From assembly GCA_047495785.1 (NCBI GenBank), contig JBLDXI010000054.1, positions 1,674,001 through 1,738,000 on the forward strand: DNA of 64,000 nt. Direction: 5' to 3'. This document shows, piece by piece, positions 8,568 to 20,139 of the stretch (its first letter is position 1; every line of letters begins with the position of its first letter). Under the pieces are notes generated by a model. That model made no database searches, was not told the origin of the DNA, and was given only the letters and a program-made list of their open reading frames with translations. The position numbers and the translations under genes were made by a program. This stretch comes from Lepidodermella squamata (taxonomy: Eukaryota; Animalia; Gastrotricha).

Positions 8568-9984
8568 GATGTATGAATCTGTCGTTCCACTTTCGGTTCA
8601 AGAGCAATATCGCTTTGAGAGAACTTTTGCTTTAGCAGAATTTTTCGCTTAAAGAGAAAAATTGATCTAAACACCGCCATTTCGAGACAGATCACAGGAT
8701 CATCATCAGAGCAGGCAGATTCAACCCCAAAAATGATCCGTTAGGGCGGAGGGCTTGGGTCCTTGTCCGCCCATTTACGCTGTGCCACTTGAATTTCAAT
8801 TTAATTTAATTCGGATTATCAGGTCATCTATATCCACCTTAACAGTAGTAGGGGTTCTAAGCTTCTGGACAGGCCAGAAGCGTGGAATTCCTTCTACTCG
8901 CCAAATACTCAATTTGACCGAATTCTCCATGTCTGCAACCACTCATGTCTGCTCTTCACCCTCTTTCCTCTTTGAGATTGGGCAGAAATTTCGCCGATTC
9001 CGCTCCATTCAGTGATATTCCTTTTCTCATCTGATCTCGTCTGAAAACCGTACAATAAGAAATTTCCATAACATAGCTAAGCAAATTCCCCTTGATACTA
9101 TTTCCATTTCTGAAATATTCGTTTGATAAGCTTTTTATAAGTATAAATAAGTATTGGCCCTAGCGTATCCCTAGCGTATTCCGTCCGTCAACTGAGTCTC
9201 GGCAATTCAGAAAACGACAACTCAGCCATGACTTCTCAACCTGCGACAACTCAGCCTTTATTTAATCGTGAAATTACTTAGCCCTATTACCATGCGAGCG
9301 GAGCGAGCATGTGATCCTGACTAAGTATTTAAAAGGCTGGATTGTCGTGGGCTGAGTTGTCGTGATATCATTAGAATTAGGAATTGTCAAGGACTCAAAT
9401 GTCTGTGGACCGGCCCTAGGGTTACTTCTCATAAAATATAAAAATTTTATAAAATTTGCCATTTTAGAAGGATAACTCGCTGTTTCTTGGAAGAAATTTC
9501 TGTCGATAGCTCATCGCGCAATTCGTCAATGGCCAAAGAATCAAGGCAAACAGGAAATACCCGTTGATGCAATGAGCGTTCAAAAAATCGCAAATTTTGC
9601 CCACAAAAACAATGCATTTTGAAAAATTCAAATTTCGAAAAATGTTAGGTTGGAGTTTTTCATTTCAAATTAAGAATTAATAGCGTTTCAAGGCCGATGC
9701 GCGAGTGTTCTCTCTGATCACTCCGTTCTCTATGCCTATTGGAAACTTGAAGTTGTAATTCTTTTGCCGATTTTCGTAAATTTTTATTATGGCGGATCTT
9801 TTTGAAAGTCGCAAGTCGCGCATACATGTTTACATGTAAAAAAGTGTGTTTTTCCACGCGCTATATACCCACTATCCCTCATCATGGAATTTTTATTTTT
9901 TTTATTTTAACCTAAGGGGATCGGTTTCAACTTCAACCAGTTCAAAGGAATCGGCTGGGAAATGAACTGTTATGTCGCCATAGC

Positions 9985-12390
9985 GGTTTTCCCGAAAGTC
10001 ACTTTTTGGAGGTTCAAAAATAGGTGTTGTCGGTTTGACCCCACGGCCACCAGTCCATATTATCACCATGTGAAATGAGTTGTTTACCACAAGCCACCGT
10101 TTAAAAATTATTCATGGGTTTCAGAAGCTTTTTTTTATTTACATGCTTTATACCTAAACCACCCAGCCCTCATTCCAGACGTCATTCCGCATGAGAAAAC
10201 GCGTTCCCGCTTCGTATGAAAAAAATTGAGAAATTTGAAATTTCGTATGCTGCTTTTAAATAATTTGAAAAAAAACTTCGATTCAGCATCGATTTCAGCC
10301 TTTGCACTTTGCCATATTCAATAACAGAATCTCGAAAAAATGCTTCTGAAACCCATGAATAAATTTTGAACGGTGGCTTGAAAATTTATTCATGGGTTTC
10401 AGAAGCATAAGCTTGTGGTAAACAACTCATTTCACATGGTGATAATATGGACTCAGTTCTATCCATTCCACCAAAGAAAACGATAGTCCGATCAAGGAAG
10501 TAGCCGTGGGGTCAAGCCGAAAACAAGAATTCGGTCAAGGACGAGAGAATCACATCGAGAAATGGGTCCAGTTTAGGCTTCTTACATCCCTGGAACATGC
10601 CCATCAATATCAGACAGTCAGGTTTATGGCGACAGTTTTTTGGAAAGTTGCGAACAGCTGCAGTTACGGGCCAAATCGCCACGCCATTCTGCGTTCCAAT
10701 CGGTGCACCATCAGCATTAACTCTCAAGTAAAGCTTCATTTCAGGTATTTGACCGCTGACCAGTTTCTTCTGCTCCAGCAAATTGAGATGCGTTTCAAGG
10801 AAAAAAAATCGCGCATAACGACAAACAACTGCCATAGAAAATGAGGAACGTATAGGGTATAGGTAAGCAGTACGATGCGGAGACGGTTCTGGATCGGGAC
10901 ATTGCTGACCAGATGGGCACCTCTTCTCGTCATTTAGACGCCGAAAGCAATGAGCACACATTGGCAGCTTTTTCACAAGAATTTGTAAATACTGCTCATT
11001 GATGGCCTTCTCTGGTAGAGATACCTTGAGCGGGGAACGTCGACTTCTGGCCGAAGAACATCGAGCAGCATTTCAATGCTCATGTCCAATAACTTTTGAG
11101 TCGCACCTGCCATTTCTTGCTTCCATAGCTTCAAATAAACACCAGGAAGTTCAGCGTTTTGATGTCCTGTTACTACCAAGTAAGCTCGGACAACCGTGAA
11201 AAAGTCGTAATCTGCGCCTTCCCAATTGTTGCCTTCATCATCATCTTCGCCCTCAGAATCCGACGAGTAAGGAGGGGAAAACATGCCGTATATATTGTCG
11301 TCATCATCAGCATTGTCATCATCTTCATTGTCAATGCTATCATCCTCATCATCATCATCACTATCATCGCCATCGCCATCATCACCGTCGTCATAGCCAC
11401 CACCACCATCGGGTATACCACTACAACGTAGGCAAATCCGCACGTGTTCCGAATTGCCAGCATCGTGAGAAGTCTGAGAAGCAGGCAAACCTGCCATTTC
11501 TGCGTTAGACTCTCGATCTCCACATGTAATCGAAATGCCAGGCAAGTCGGCAGCTTCGGCTCCAACGACAACTTCAACTGCTGTTTCACCACTCCGGTAG
11601 CAGAATCGGCGCAAACAAATGTCTGATTTGGGTCGACAGCCAAATCACCGGATGAACTAGGTTCGCCTCGGTTATCGATGTTCGACAAATTCAAATCGTC
11701 TTCGCCGTCATCGGAATCACGATTGGCAGCAAGTATTCGCTGAGTAATAGAGCGTCTAGAATAACCGAAATTCGCCCGTTCTTCATGCTCGGTAGGCTCG
11801 ACCAGCTTCCTTCGTTTAAAAGTATAGACCTCATGCTCTACGTCGCTTCCGTCAGATGAAGTCGTTTCACTGCTAGAGCTAGAGCTGGAGCTAGACGAAG
11901 TTGTTTCCATCCTTCAGCGATGCCAACCTGATGATTCAGTAAAGAAAATTAACAACGTTTTATACATTTAATATTGGGGAAAAAACTCACAAGCAATGAG
12001 CACTCAGCGATTTCCGCGAAGGTCACTTTTTAGGGGTTCAAAAATGGGTGTTTTTGCCTTGACTCCACGGCCACATCCTTGATCGGACTATCACTTTCTT
12101 TAGTGGAATTGGTAGAAGTGAATCCATGTTATAAGCGTGTGAAATTTCTTGTTTACCAAAGCCACCGTTCAAAATTTATTCATGGTTTTTGGATGCATTT
12201 TTTTCGGGATTCTGCTTTTGAATATGGCAAAGTGCAAAGGCTGAAATCGTTGTTAAGTTTTTTTTCAAATTATTTCAAAGCAGCCTACGGAATTTCCCTA
12301 ATTTCGAGCATTTAATCAAACGATGCGCGAACAGGTATTGTTATCTGGAATGGCGGCCATGGGTGGTATAGGTATGAAGCATGTAAACCA
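9985..12390. mobile_element. Rearranged, defective DNA transposon region (En/Spm-CACTA type) with long inverted repeats; boundaries approximate
   Basis: About 10140-10525 is an imperfect inverted copy of about 12050-12390; a third partial copy at about 9985-10150; transposase remnant in between. Confidence 0.7.
10512..11910 (-). pseudogene. Truncated, frameshifted En/Spm (CMC/CACTA) transposase
   Basis: LLDVLRPEVDVPRSRY...CAHC then LRVNADGAP...WPV...NFP...R...LILMGMFQGCKKP...FL, resembling animal En/Spm transposases; frameshift near 10975; sequence stops at the inverted repeat. Confidence 0.72.
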
Positions 12391-13038
12391 AAAACAAAGT
12401 GATAAAATTCAAGTCCTTCATAGGTGAGTTAACAAATTTTAAGGTCGATTTTGTTTTTTATTTTTGTAATTGTACGAGATTTTGAGCATTTTCAGACAAT
12501 TTTTGCTGAAAAATAGCGTCAACTAGCTCGCTTAGCTCGCAAAACACAGTTAAATAGTAAAATTCGAAGTTCTCAACCAAATGACTTTTTCAGGCTAATC
12601 GGGGCGAAAAATTGTGGGAAAAATAAAAGTCGTAAACAGGCGGTCTGGATACTCGATAACATGAGATAGTATAGCTGTTCGCGAGCGAGCATAACGAGCG
12701 AGCGGCAAATTTTTTTTACAGATAAACCGCGTCCCTGGCAGGTTTTCCGGCCTACTTTCCTCGCTGCGGTGGTATATGGCTCCCCCGGTAAACTCCTCTT
12801 CTTTTTGGCCTCTTAATGGGCAGATGCGTGAAAATGGTGCTATTAATGTGCTAAAAAACGCATTTTTTCATGTGATTTTCTCGCATCAAAATTATTGATT
12901 TTTTCCTGTCCAGCAGAAAAGTGGCTAGTGTTGAGTCCAGACAGTATTAGTCCCAAGGATAAAACACCTTAAAATGAGCGGACGATTTTGTATATTAATT
13001 AATTATTCATCTCTATTTACTATTTACTATTTATCCCT

Positions 13039-15189
13039 TTATATAATCACAGTAAAAAATGTGAGCAGAAACAAAAGCCCGGCAATATTTCCCCTGTCGG
13101 CGATATTTTTTGATAGCGCAGGAGGTTCCGCAAGAAGATGAAGAGGCATCTTTAAATTTCGTTGATTCCACGACCATTTTTGCCGCCAATTTCCATCGTT
13201 ACATTCTTGCAGCGTAACAGGATTGTCATCGCTAGTCAACTCAACACAAAGACCGCTCGAGGCATGCCTTAAAAGTCCATTCTAGAGGACAAATTCAATT
13301 CCGGTAAAAAAATGGTAAAATATTGCCTACTTTTTCATGGTTGAATACATCTGTGGCGGAATCTTTGCAGGAGCTTAACGCCAACTCATCGCCTGATTTG
13401 ACTATACAAGCCTCGGGACATCGTAAATGCCCGCTTTTCGTCAAATAAAAATGCTGCTGTCTAGCTAAGCCCGAACATTGATATGTCACGATTTTCCACG
13501 GATCTCCAGCCTTCATCGCTAAACAATGCCTGCCAGATCGAACTTCGCCCGCATTCGAAACATCCACCGGAACCCAGAGTTCAGGATACACGTTGTTCAG
13601 ATACCACTCGAAATCGTTGCATTTCAAACTAGCTCTCAGTAATTTTCGCTCGGAGGCATCGCCAAAATCTGGTAATTGATAGTTGAAGCGTTCGTAGTAG
13701 TAGAAACGGTAGCCATCCATCCAAACCTCGGCCATTCGAACGTTATTACGACGCACGTAGTCGTCTTTCCGCGTCATTTTGTAGGGCGTCCGAAGATTGT
13801 GGCGGAACACGTGCCCAACGTGGCTGCAAGAAAGAATCCCAATTCGGCCTCCACACATCCAAATACGAAGACTGATATCGATATTTTCCCCGCCTTGGGC
13901 AGAATAAAATGTTTGACATTAAAATTCATAAAAAATATGAAATCCCATTTTCATATTTTTCCCCAAATCCTTAAATAAATTTCACAGTGATTCGAAATTG
14001 TACATGTCGGATCCTTGAGCTAGAGACCCAAGGGTTACTGCAATGGCGGTTTTCTGCGTAGAACTGGGGGTTATACACCCCCTATCTTTCCCAACCCCCT
14101 GTACTCCGTAAAATGCTCGAAATGAAAGGGATTTAGGACATGATTTGAGTGAGAAGTTGTTTACCCCAATTATCCATTCCTTCATCGTATTTTCCGATTG
14201 ATATGAAAAATTGTCGATCTATCGTGAACAGTCCTCCAGGCATTGCTGGGATTTCCAATGGAGTCGTCGGATTAGCTTTCAGCTTCTCCGATCGGGACGG
14301 AACCTTTGAAATTCTTTTCATTTCAATTCAAACTTGCCAGTCTTCGACTTACATTCATCCATAAAAATCGTAAATCCCAATCGAAAATTCCGATGTCCCA
14401 ATTATGTCTTGTGGTATAGGCGAAAGTAATAGGATCGATGTAGTCCACGACTGGCACTGGAACCATTTTCTGATTAAGATGAACTTCTTGTAATAAAGGC
14501 TCCAGCCATCCTTCTGAGCATTCGCAGTGAGAATCCAAGAAGGTCAGTGTATCACCAGAGGCTTGGTTAGCGCCTATTGTCCTAGCTTTCATTAGACCGA
14601 CCCTTTCCTTAGTCCTTATCAGCTTAGCTTTTGGAAGGTTCCTCAATTCCATCTCAAGAGGAGCTTTCAAATTATCCATATCAGAAGAATCATCGACCAG
14701 AATAATTTCCTTTATAAGTCTCTCCGGAGACCGATTTAGGACGGAAATAACTGTCCTCATCAAGGTGGATAAAGCTTCATTATGAAAGCAAATGATAACT
14801 GAGGTATCCGGCAGTTGATCGATTTGATAATTGATTGATTTACAAGCTGCATCCCGGCCATCGGGAACAGATCTATTCAACGAGATTTTTGTAGACAAAA
14901 GTTCGTTGAAAGCATGATCCTCGAATCCTTTGTGGTAGAGTGAAGCCTCTGATCGGTTTAGCTTTGCAGTATCCAACTCGAAAGGCTTCCCATTCTCGCA
15001 AATATCAGCCGGCCAATCAAAGCCTTTACTGTCCCATCTCAAACATAGGAAGGCAAACACAGAGACTGAAACCAAGGTGACGAAGAGGACTGATTTTAAT
15101 AAGCCGTAGTATGAATTTCCAACTTTTTTCTTTATTTGAGAGAGGAAAAAGTCTAACTTTAATGCTAAATTACTAACAAGTTGCTTCAT
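13039..15189 (-). CDS. GALNT: Polypeptide N-acetylgalactosaminyltransferase (GT27 + ricin-B lectin); 4 exons (introns 14304-14352, 13894-14164, 13282-13330)
   Basis: TSVIICFHNEA, EIILVDD, FLDSHCE (DxH), GWLEPLL, MPGGLFTI, WGGENIDISLRIWMCGG after splicing, HVGHVFR, ricin repeats; N-terminal TM. Start could be an upstream ATG. Confidence 0.93.
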
Positions 15190-15963
15190 CGTGTATATTG
15201 ACAACAAAAGCTTTCTCACAAAGGACAAGCACACAATAAACAAGACGCAAGTCATACAAACAAGTAAGGAAGTAGGTATATTGTGTTGCAATTTGAAGCT
15301 TTCAAACCTTAACCTTTTGGAACTTTTGGTTACAAAATAGAACGTTTGCAAATAAAAAAATAAATGCGGATGGTATAGGTAAAATATTATGTCTAATTCA
15401 TCATACTACTGTCTACTGTCCTATTTCACCTATCCCTGTTGAAACAATTTTTTGTAAAATCTAGGCAATTCTTGAATACCATAATGACCTACTTTTATGG
15501 ACAAATTAATATTCTGGAAGCTACGAAATCAGAAAATTTACAAAAATTTACAAATTTTCCTATGCGATCGGCAACAGATTGAAATGCCTGCCCTGAACAT
15601 TGAAAATTTTAATCATCTTCTCAAGAATTTGCAGGCTGGAATATTACCACTTTGTCCATGGAAAAGGGCTGCCGTGGTCTTCCAGTTTAAAAAATACGCA
15701 CACCCGGCAAGTGAAGAAATCGCATTCTTTTGTCAACCTGCCAAAAGTGATCAATAGAAACACTGAAAAATTAATGCGTCGCCATGGTCAAGCATGCCAT
15801 CGCGTGGCACGCGCACGCTCAATAAAGCAACATGAATAGAAAAGCTGAAAAAACGATGATCCATGCGCAGCGGCCCACTCGAGCAGTTATTCACAGGTTA
15901 CGTCGAGCCTACATTCACCGCTTATGGCTGTCATTTTCGCCTGAAAATTTTGCTTAATCAAAA

Positions 15964-17032
15964 ATGGAAACAGATCGCAGCAGTATAGTCACTAGTCGGG
16001 CGCAATCGAGGAATGAAGTTCACTTTCAGGATCAATCGACTTTGGTGCCTCGTCGGAAAGTTATCAGAGTCTACATCAGCTTTTCGAATTTCAGCAAAAG
16101 GACACGAGATGTTTTCTCAATATCCGAACTACTGGCAGCATCAGGGGATTACGAGGTCTATATCGATAGGCAAAATTCAGCAGAATCACTGTCATTTAAT
16201 GGCTCAAAGGTAAGAAACATCGAAATTTCAATCCTTATAGTATTATTAAGGAGGTATTTTCCTTAACCAGGCGATAGCAGATGCCGAATTTTTCATCCCT
16301 TTCTACGACAAATCTTATGCGAGAAGTCGTTTAGCCTTACAGGAGTATTTCCAGGCTGAGCAAACCGACAAATTCATCATCCCTGTCAAGCTGCAGCAGG
16401 TCGACTTATCGCCCCACGAATGTTGGCTGAGGACAAAGCTACAGGACCGATATGTTGTCGAATATGAGGATGCATCAATTCCGCCGGAGAGAATAATGAA
16501 GACAATCATTGATCGAATGGATCTGATGCTTGGCCGGGTTGAGTTCGAGTAAGTATTCCTATTCCTACTCCTATTCCTATTCCTATTCCTATCCGTTTCT
16601 AATGCCATTGTCCCACACAGATCCAAAGTCAGGGGCGAAGCTGTGAGTCGGGAAGAATTCGACGCCTTAGCTACTATCGTAGCTCGCCAGCAAAGGATCA
16701 TCGATGAAATGGCCGACCAATTAGAGAAGCTACGACATCAATTAGCGAAATCATCTGCCAGAATAAAAAGTGGCAAGGGCAGGTCCTCAAGTCGGAAGCG
16801 GACAGAAACAACAAGTCTAGCAGACAATGAGACCGATGGCGATATGAGTTTGATGAACACCGCAAGGAGTAAGCTTTTTTCCTATTACCCAGTCGCCCGC
16901 TTACATTTGAGTTTCAACTAACCTCTAGGTGATGTTACCGAGGTTCCAACCATAACGATAACAGACGACCCAGCTCATTCGTCGCTATTGAAAGAACTTA
17001 TATCACAAGCTCCTGAAGCTAATGCAGAATGA
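15964..17032 (+). CDS. TIR-domain + coiled-coil protein; 4 exons (introns 16210-16270, 16549-16620, 16869-16928)
   Basis: Spliced product: VYISFS...VYIDRQ...AIADAEFFIPFYDKSYARSRLALQEYFQAEQTDKFIIPVKLQ (TIR_2 pattern), then heptad segment VSREEFDALATIVARQQRIIDEMADQLEKLRHQLAK; all introns GT-AG and frame-preserving. Confidence 0.82.
16556..16592 (+). repeat. (ATTCCT)n microsatellite inside an intron
   Basis: About six tandem hexamers. Confidence 0.9.
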
Positions 17033-17207
17033 TTTTCGTCTCGAAATAAACAAGCTCTGAAACATACTGATATGACTTATCTCAGTTTCGATGTTATCAA
17101 CAGTCCGTTGCCCGTGGTCTCCATTGAGATAATGGTGAAACATACAGGAAACATGAGAGAGTTGAGTAGCAAAAGTCGAATGTTTCCATCAGCTTTGCAC
17201 CGGTGAA

Positions 17208-18128
17208 ATGAGAATTAGCCAAGATTCTGTCTGTATAGTTTTGCTGTTTGTTGTCGCTGATAATCTCAAACCGCCAGTTGCAGAGGCGTCCGAGTTCTAT
17301 GTTGAGATTTCGGAAACAAATCCTTACACATGGGATGAGGCTCAGGCTGCATGCTCCAAAGAAGTGAATGGCACTGCTAATTCACGCTTGGCAATCATTA
17401 AAACCGTTCAGGACAACGAGAAGGTTACCTCACTCATCAAACGTGGTAAATAGGCTTGATTATCTTTGAGAGATAGCAATTGTTCTGTTTAAGGTTTAAG
17501 GGAGAAAGGGATTTGTTATGAAAAGCTTTTTCTAAGCAGTGAACAATTATTCTTTCTCATTAAGGCCTCTCTGAATCTTCCTATTGGATCGGTTTACGTC
17601 AGTTGCCAGCTCGTCAATCATTGAGGTGGTCGGATGGTTCCCCTGTTTTTAGTAACGATTTCACCAACTTCGACCCAAGCTCTTCGGATCTTGATCCTAA
17701 CGCTCAATCAGCTAACTGTTGGGCGATTTGTTCGAGTTGTGGTAATGGTAATGGGGATACCTCGAGATGGGTCCAGCAGCCTTGCAATTCAAAACTCCCC
17801 GGCGCTGTCTGCGAGAGAAATTTCAGAACAGTGCATCCGGTGAAAGAAAAGCCGCATCATGAAGCAAGCTCTGGTTGGATGGTCAGTGCGCTAGTCCTTG
17901 GCAGCATTATTTTCGTTGTACTTCTCTCCGGGCTTCTTTACATTTTAACGTGAGTCCAAAATGCTGGATTAGGCACGTCGTTTTATGAACCATTGTACTT
18001 TCAGAGTTCATCGACAATCAGGGCCACTGATTTTCAAGTCGAAAATTCACAAGTCGAGAAGCTACGTTGAGACGATGGAAAGTGGTTTGTTACACACAGA
18101 AACGAGAAATACTAGTAAAACAATTTAG
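17208..18128 (+). CDS. Type I transmembrane C-type lectin domain protein; 3 exons (introns 17446-17564, 17950-18004)
   Basis: TWDEAQAAC, LAII, YWIGLR, WSDGS, W...C...AVCE motifs; TM segment WMVSALVLGSIIFVVLLSGLLYIL; short cytoplasmic tail. Confidence 0.88.
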
Positions 18129-18840
18129 AGGTTCTTGGTATTCGTATTTATTTACAGCATTTAAAAGGGAATATAAAAATACTATTTTTTATCCGATGAT
18201 AATCAGGTTAAATCGGCAATTTCTTGAATTATTTTTAGGTTACGCGTTTGTTTTCAGTTCATTTCCTAATTCCTAATTAATGGAGAAAATGAAAAGAGGT
18301 GTACTAGATAGTTACCTGCGCTTCATCGCTGGAAAACTCAGCTTCAAAATTTTACTGCAGGCATGAAACACGCATCATAAACGTGTTTATCATTAGCTTC
18401 CTCCGGTGAATTGTCAACGTGCGAGAGATGCAATGATAAGGCGCACCAAGAGGGGCAAATCCACCTATCTCTCCCATCCGAATGAAGGTTTCAGGTCAGG
18501 GAATATTAAGATACATCATGTTCAAGCGAAGAGGCGGCCTATTCCAGTTAGTTCGTGACTTCAACCCATCGACTGAGTCGGCATGCGTCATTAATTAGTT
18601 GTATTGTCCGTGATAGCCCACAGAAATGTTAATAGCAGTTTTCGCATCAGTTCCCCATAGATCCATCAAGAATACATATCAAGTCCAATCATCCGTCAAT
18701 GGCGATACCTCGAAGATTTTATATATCTCAAGTTTTTTCAAGCCAAAAGACATTTTAACTGTTACTACGACCGCGACCATAGCGTAGTTACGCTTTTCCG
18801 TTTTCTGCCCAATACAGTATTTTATCGAAACTTCAGAGAT

Positions 18841-19938
18841 ATGAACTCAACCGTCAACGCATGGCTTTTCGCAAAGATGCCTGGTCTGGGGTATGAAGAG
18901 AGTAGATTATTTTTCATCGGCAATTCCAACAACCCGGCTCAAACGTTCAGTAACCGGTTGGGTTTCACCATCATGTACTGGATAGCAACGTGCTGCGTAA
19001 TCACTGCTAACGTATCGTTTCATCTACTGCAATGACCTTGACTACTCACGGTGGTTTCTGGGAGTTTGACGGCCTGTCCGTGATTTTCTCAGTTGCGTAT
19101 TTATCAGCTGGGTACAGCATTCAAATCATGCTACTGATCAGTTATGAGCGAATGATGTGCATTGTCTCGGGGAATCCTAACGCAGCATTCAGCGTTAAAA
19201 AGGTTCGTGCTCTCTAGAATTGTCAGGAATTATAATATACCTAATACGGGTTTCTGAATAGACAATTTATCTCGCCGCCATCCTGTTCGCCGTAGTTGCA
19301 GCACTTTCACGCCAGTAATATTCTACCCATTTGCTCCAAACGTGCAGCATATCGCTATTCTTATAGGCCCAAATCAGACATTATCTGGGCCTGTTTGTGG
19401 TAATTTCGAGTACCGGCTCACAGAGAGTATCGATTCGTCCGTATTGCGAATCATAATAATTGGAGGAGTTGTTGCGATTCCTGACTCCATTATAATGCGA
19501 AACTATATTGGTAACTGTTGGAACCCATTTTTCGTTAACTCAACAGATGTCGATATTTAGGTTGACATTTAGAGCCATCCGCATGGCGAGAATGAAGTGG
19601 ACCATTGAAAAAATTACAGCAAGCCCAATTTCTTCCCTGGCGAGCGCACAATCGTCAAACCAACGAGCGAACTGGCTGGAAAGAGAGGTGTTCTTCGCCC
19701 AACAATCGCTGCTCTTCTTCCTCGCTTACACTTTTTTCACGGGCCTGTTATTGTCTCCTTCATCCTACTCACTCTTTACGACAGTGCAGGGCCTCGAATG
19801 TTATCTTCCGACTTGTACAAAGCGTCATAACTTATCCTACTGCTTGAAATGGCGGTCGCACCAGCTATGCTAACTCTCAAGCCTGGCTTCTTGAACAGCG
19901 TCACAGCTTTCGTGTGCAGTCTCAAAGCGCGCATCTGA
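18841..19938 (+). pseudogene. Class A GPCR pseudogene (two-intron subfamily, paralog of 55888-57147)
   Basis: Deletion across TM1-TM2 near 19015, frameshifts near 19308, 19506 and 19735, in-frame TAA near 19827; introns 19203-19261 and 19511-19560. Confidence 0.88.
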
Positions 19939-20139
19939 AAGATACTCAGTATTCAATAGCAAGTATAAATTCACTAGCATGATGCCAGTGGGTGATCAGG
20001 GATTATGATATCGCGGAGTTGGCGGCAGAACGACTCGATTAGTTTAGAATACGCGAAATACTCTAACGCGTGCCTCCAATGAAGCTATTATTTTTATTTC
20101 ATTATTTTTCATAACCATATTAGCAGGTTTCATAATTGG

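Noticed and set aside
11159-11431. Ile-rich plus-strand ORF and Met-rich stretch of the overlapping minus ORF
   Set aside because: Alternative frames of a (GAT)n Asp-rich tract.
14304-14352. Apparent frameshifts in GALNT and most split GPCR ORFs
   Set aside because: Resolved by short GT-AG introns restoring conserved motifs.
16315-16701. 128-aa minus-strand ORF with RNRNRN repeat
   Set aside because: Antisense to the TIR gene; the repeat is the intronic microsatellite.
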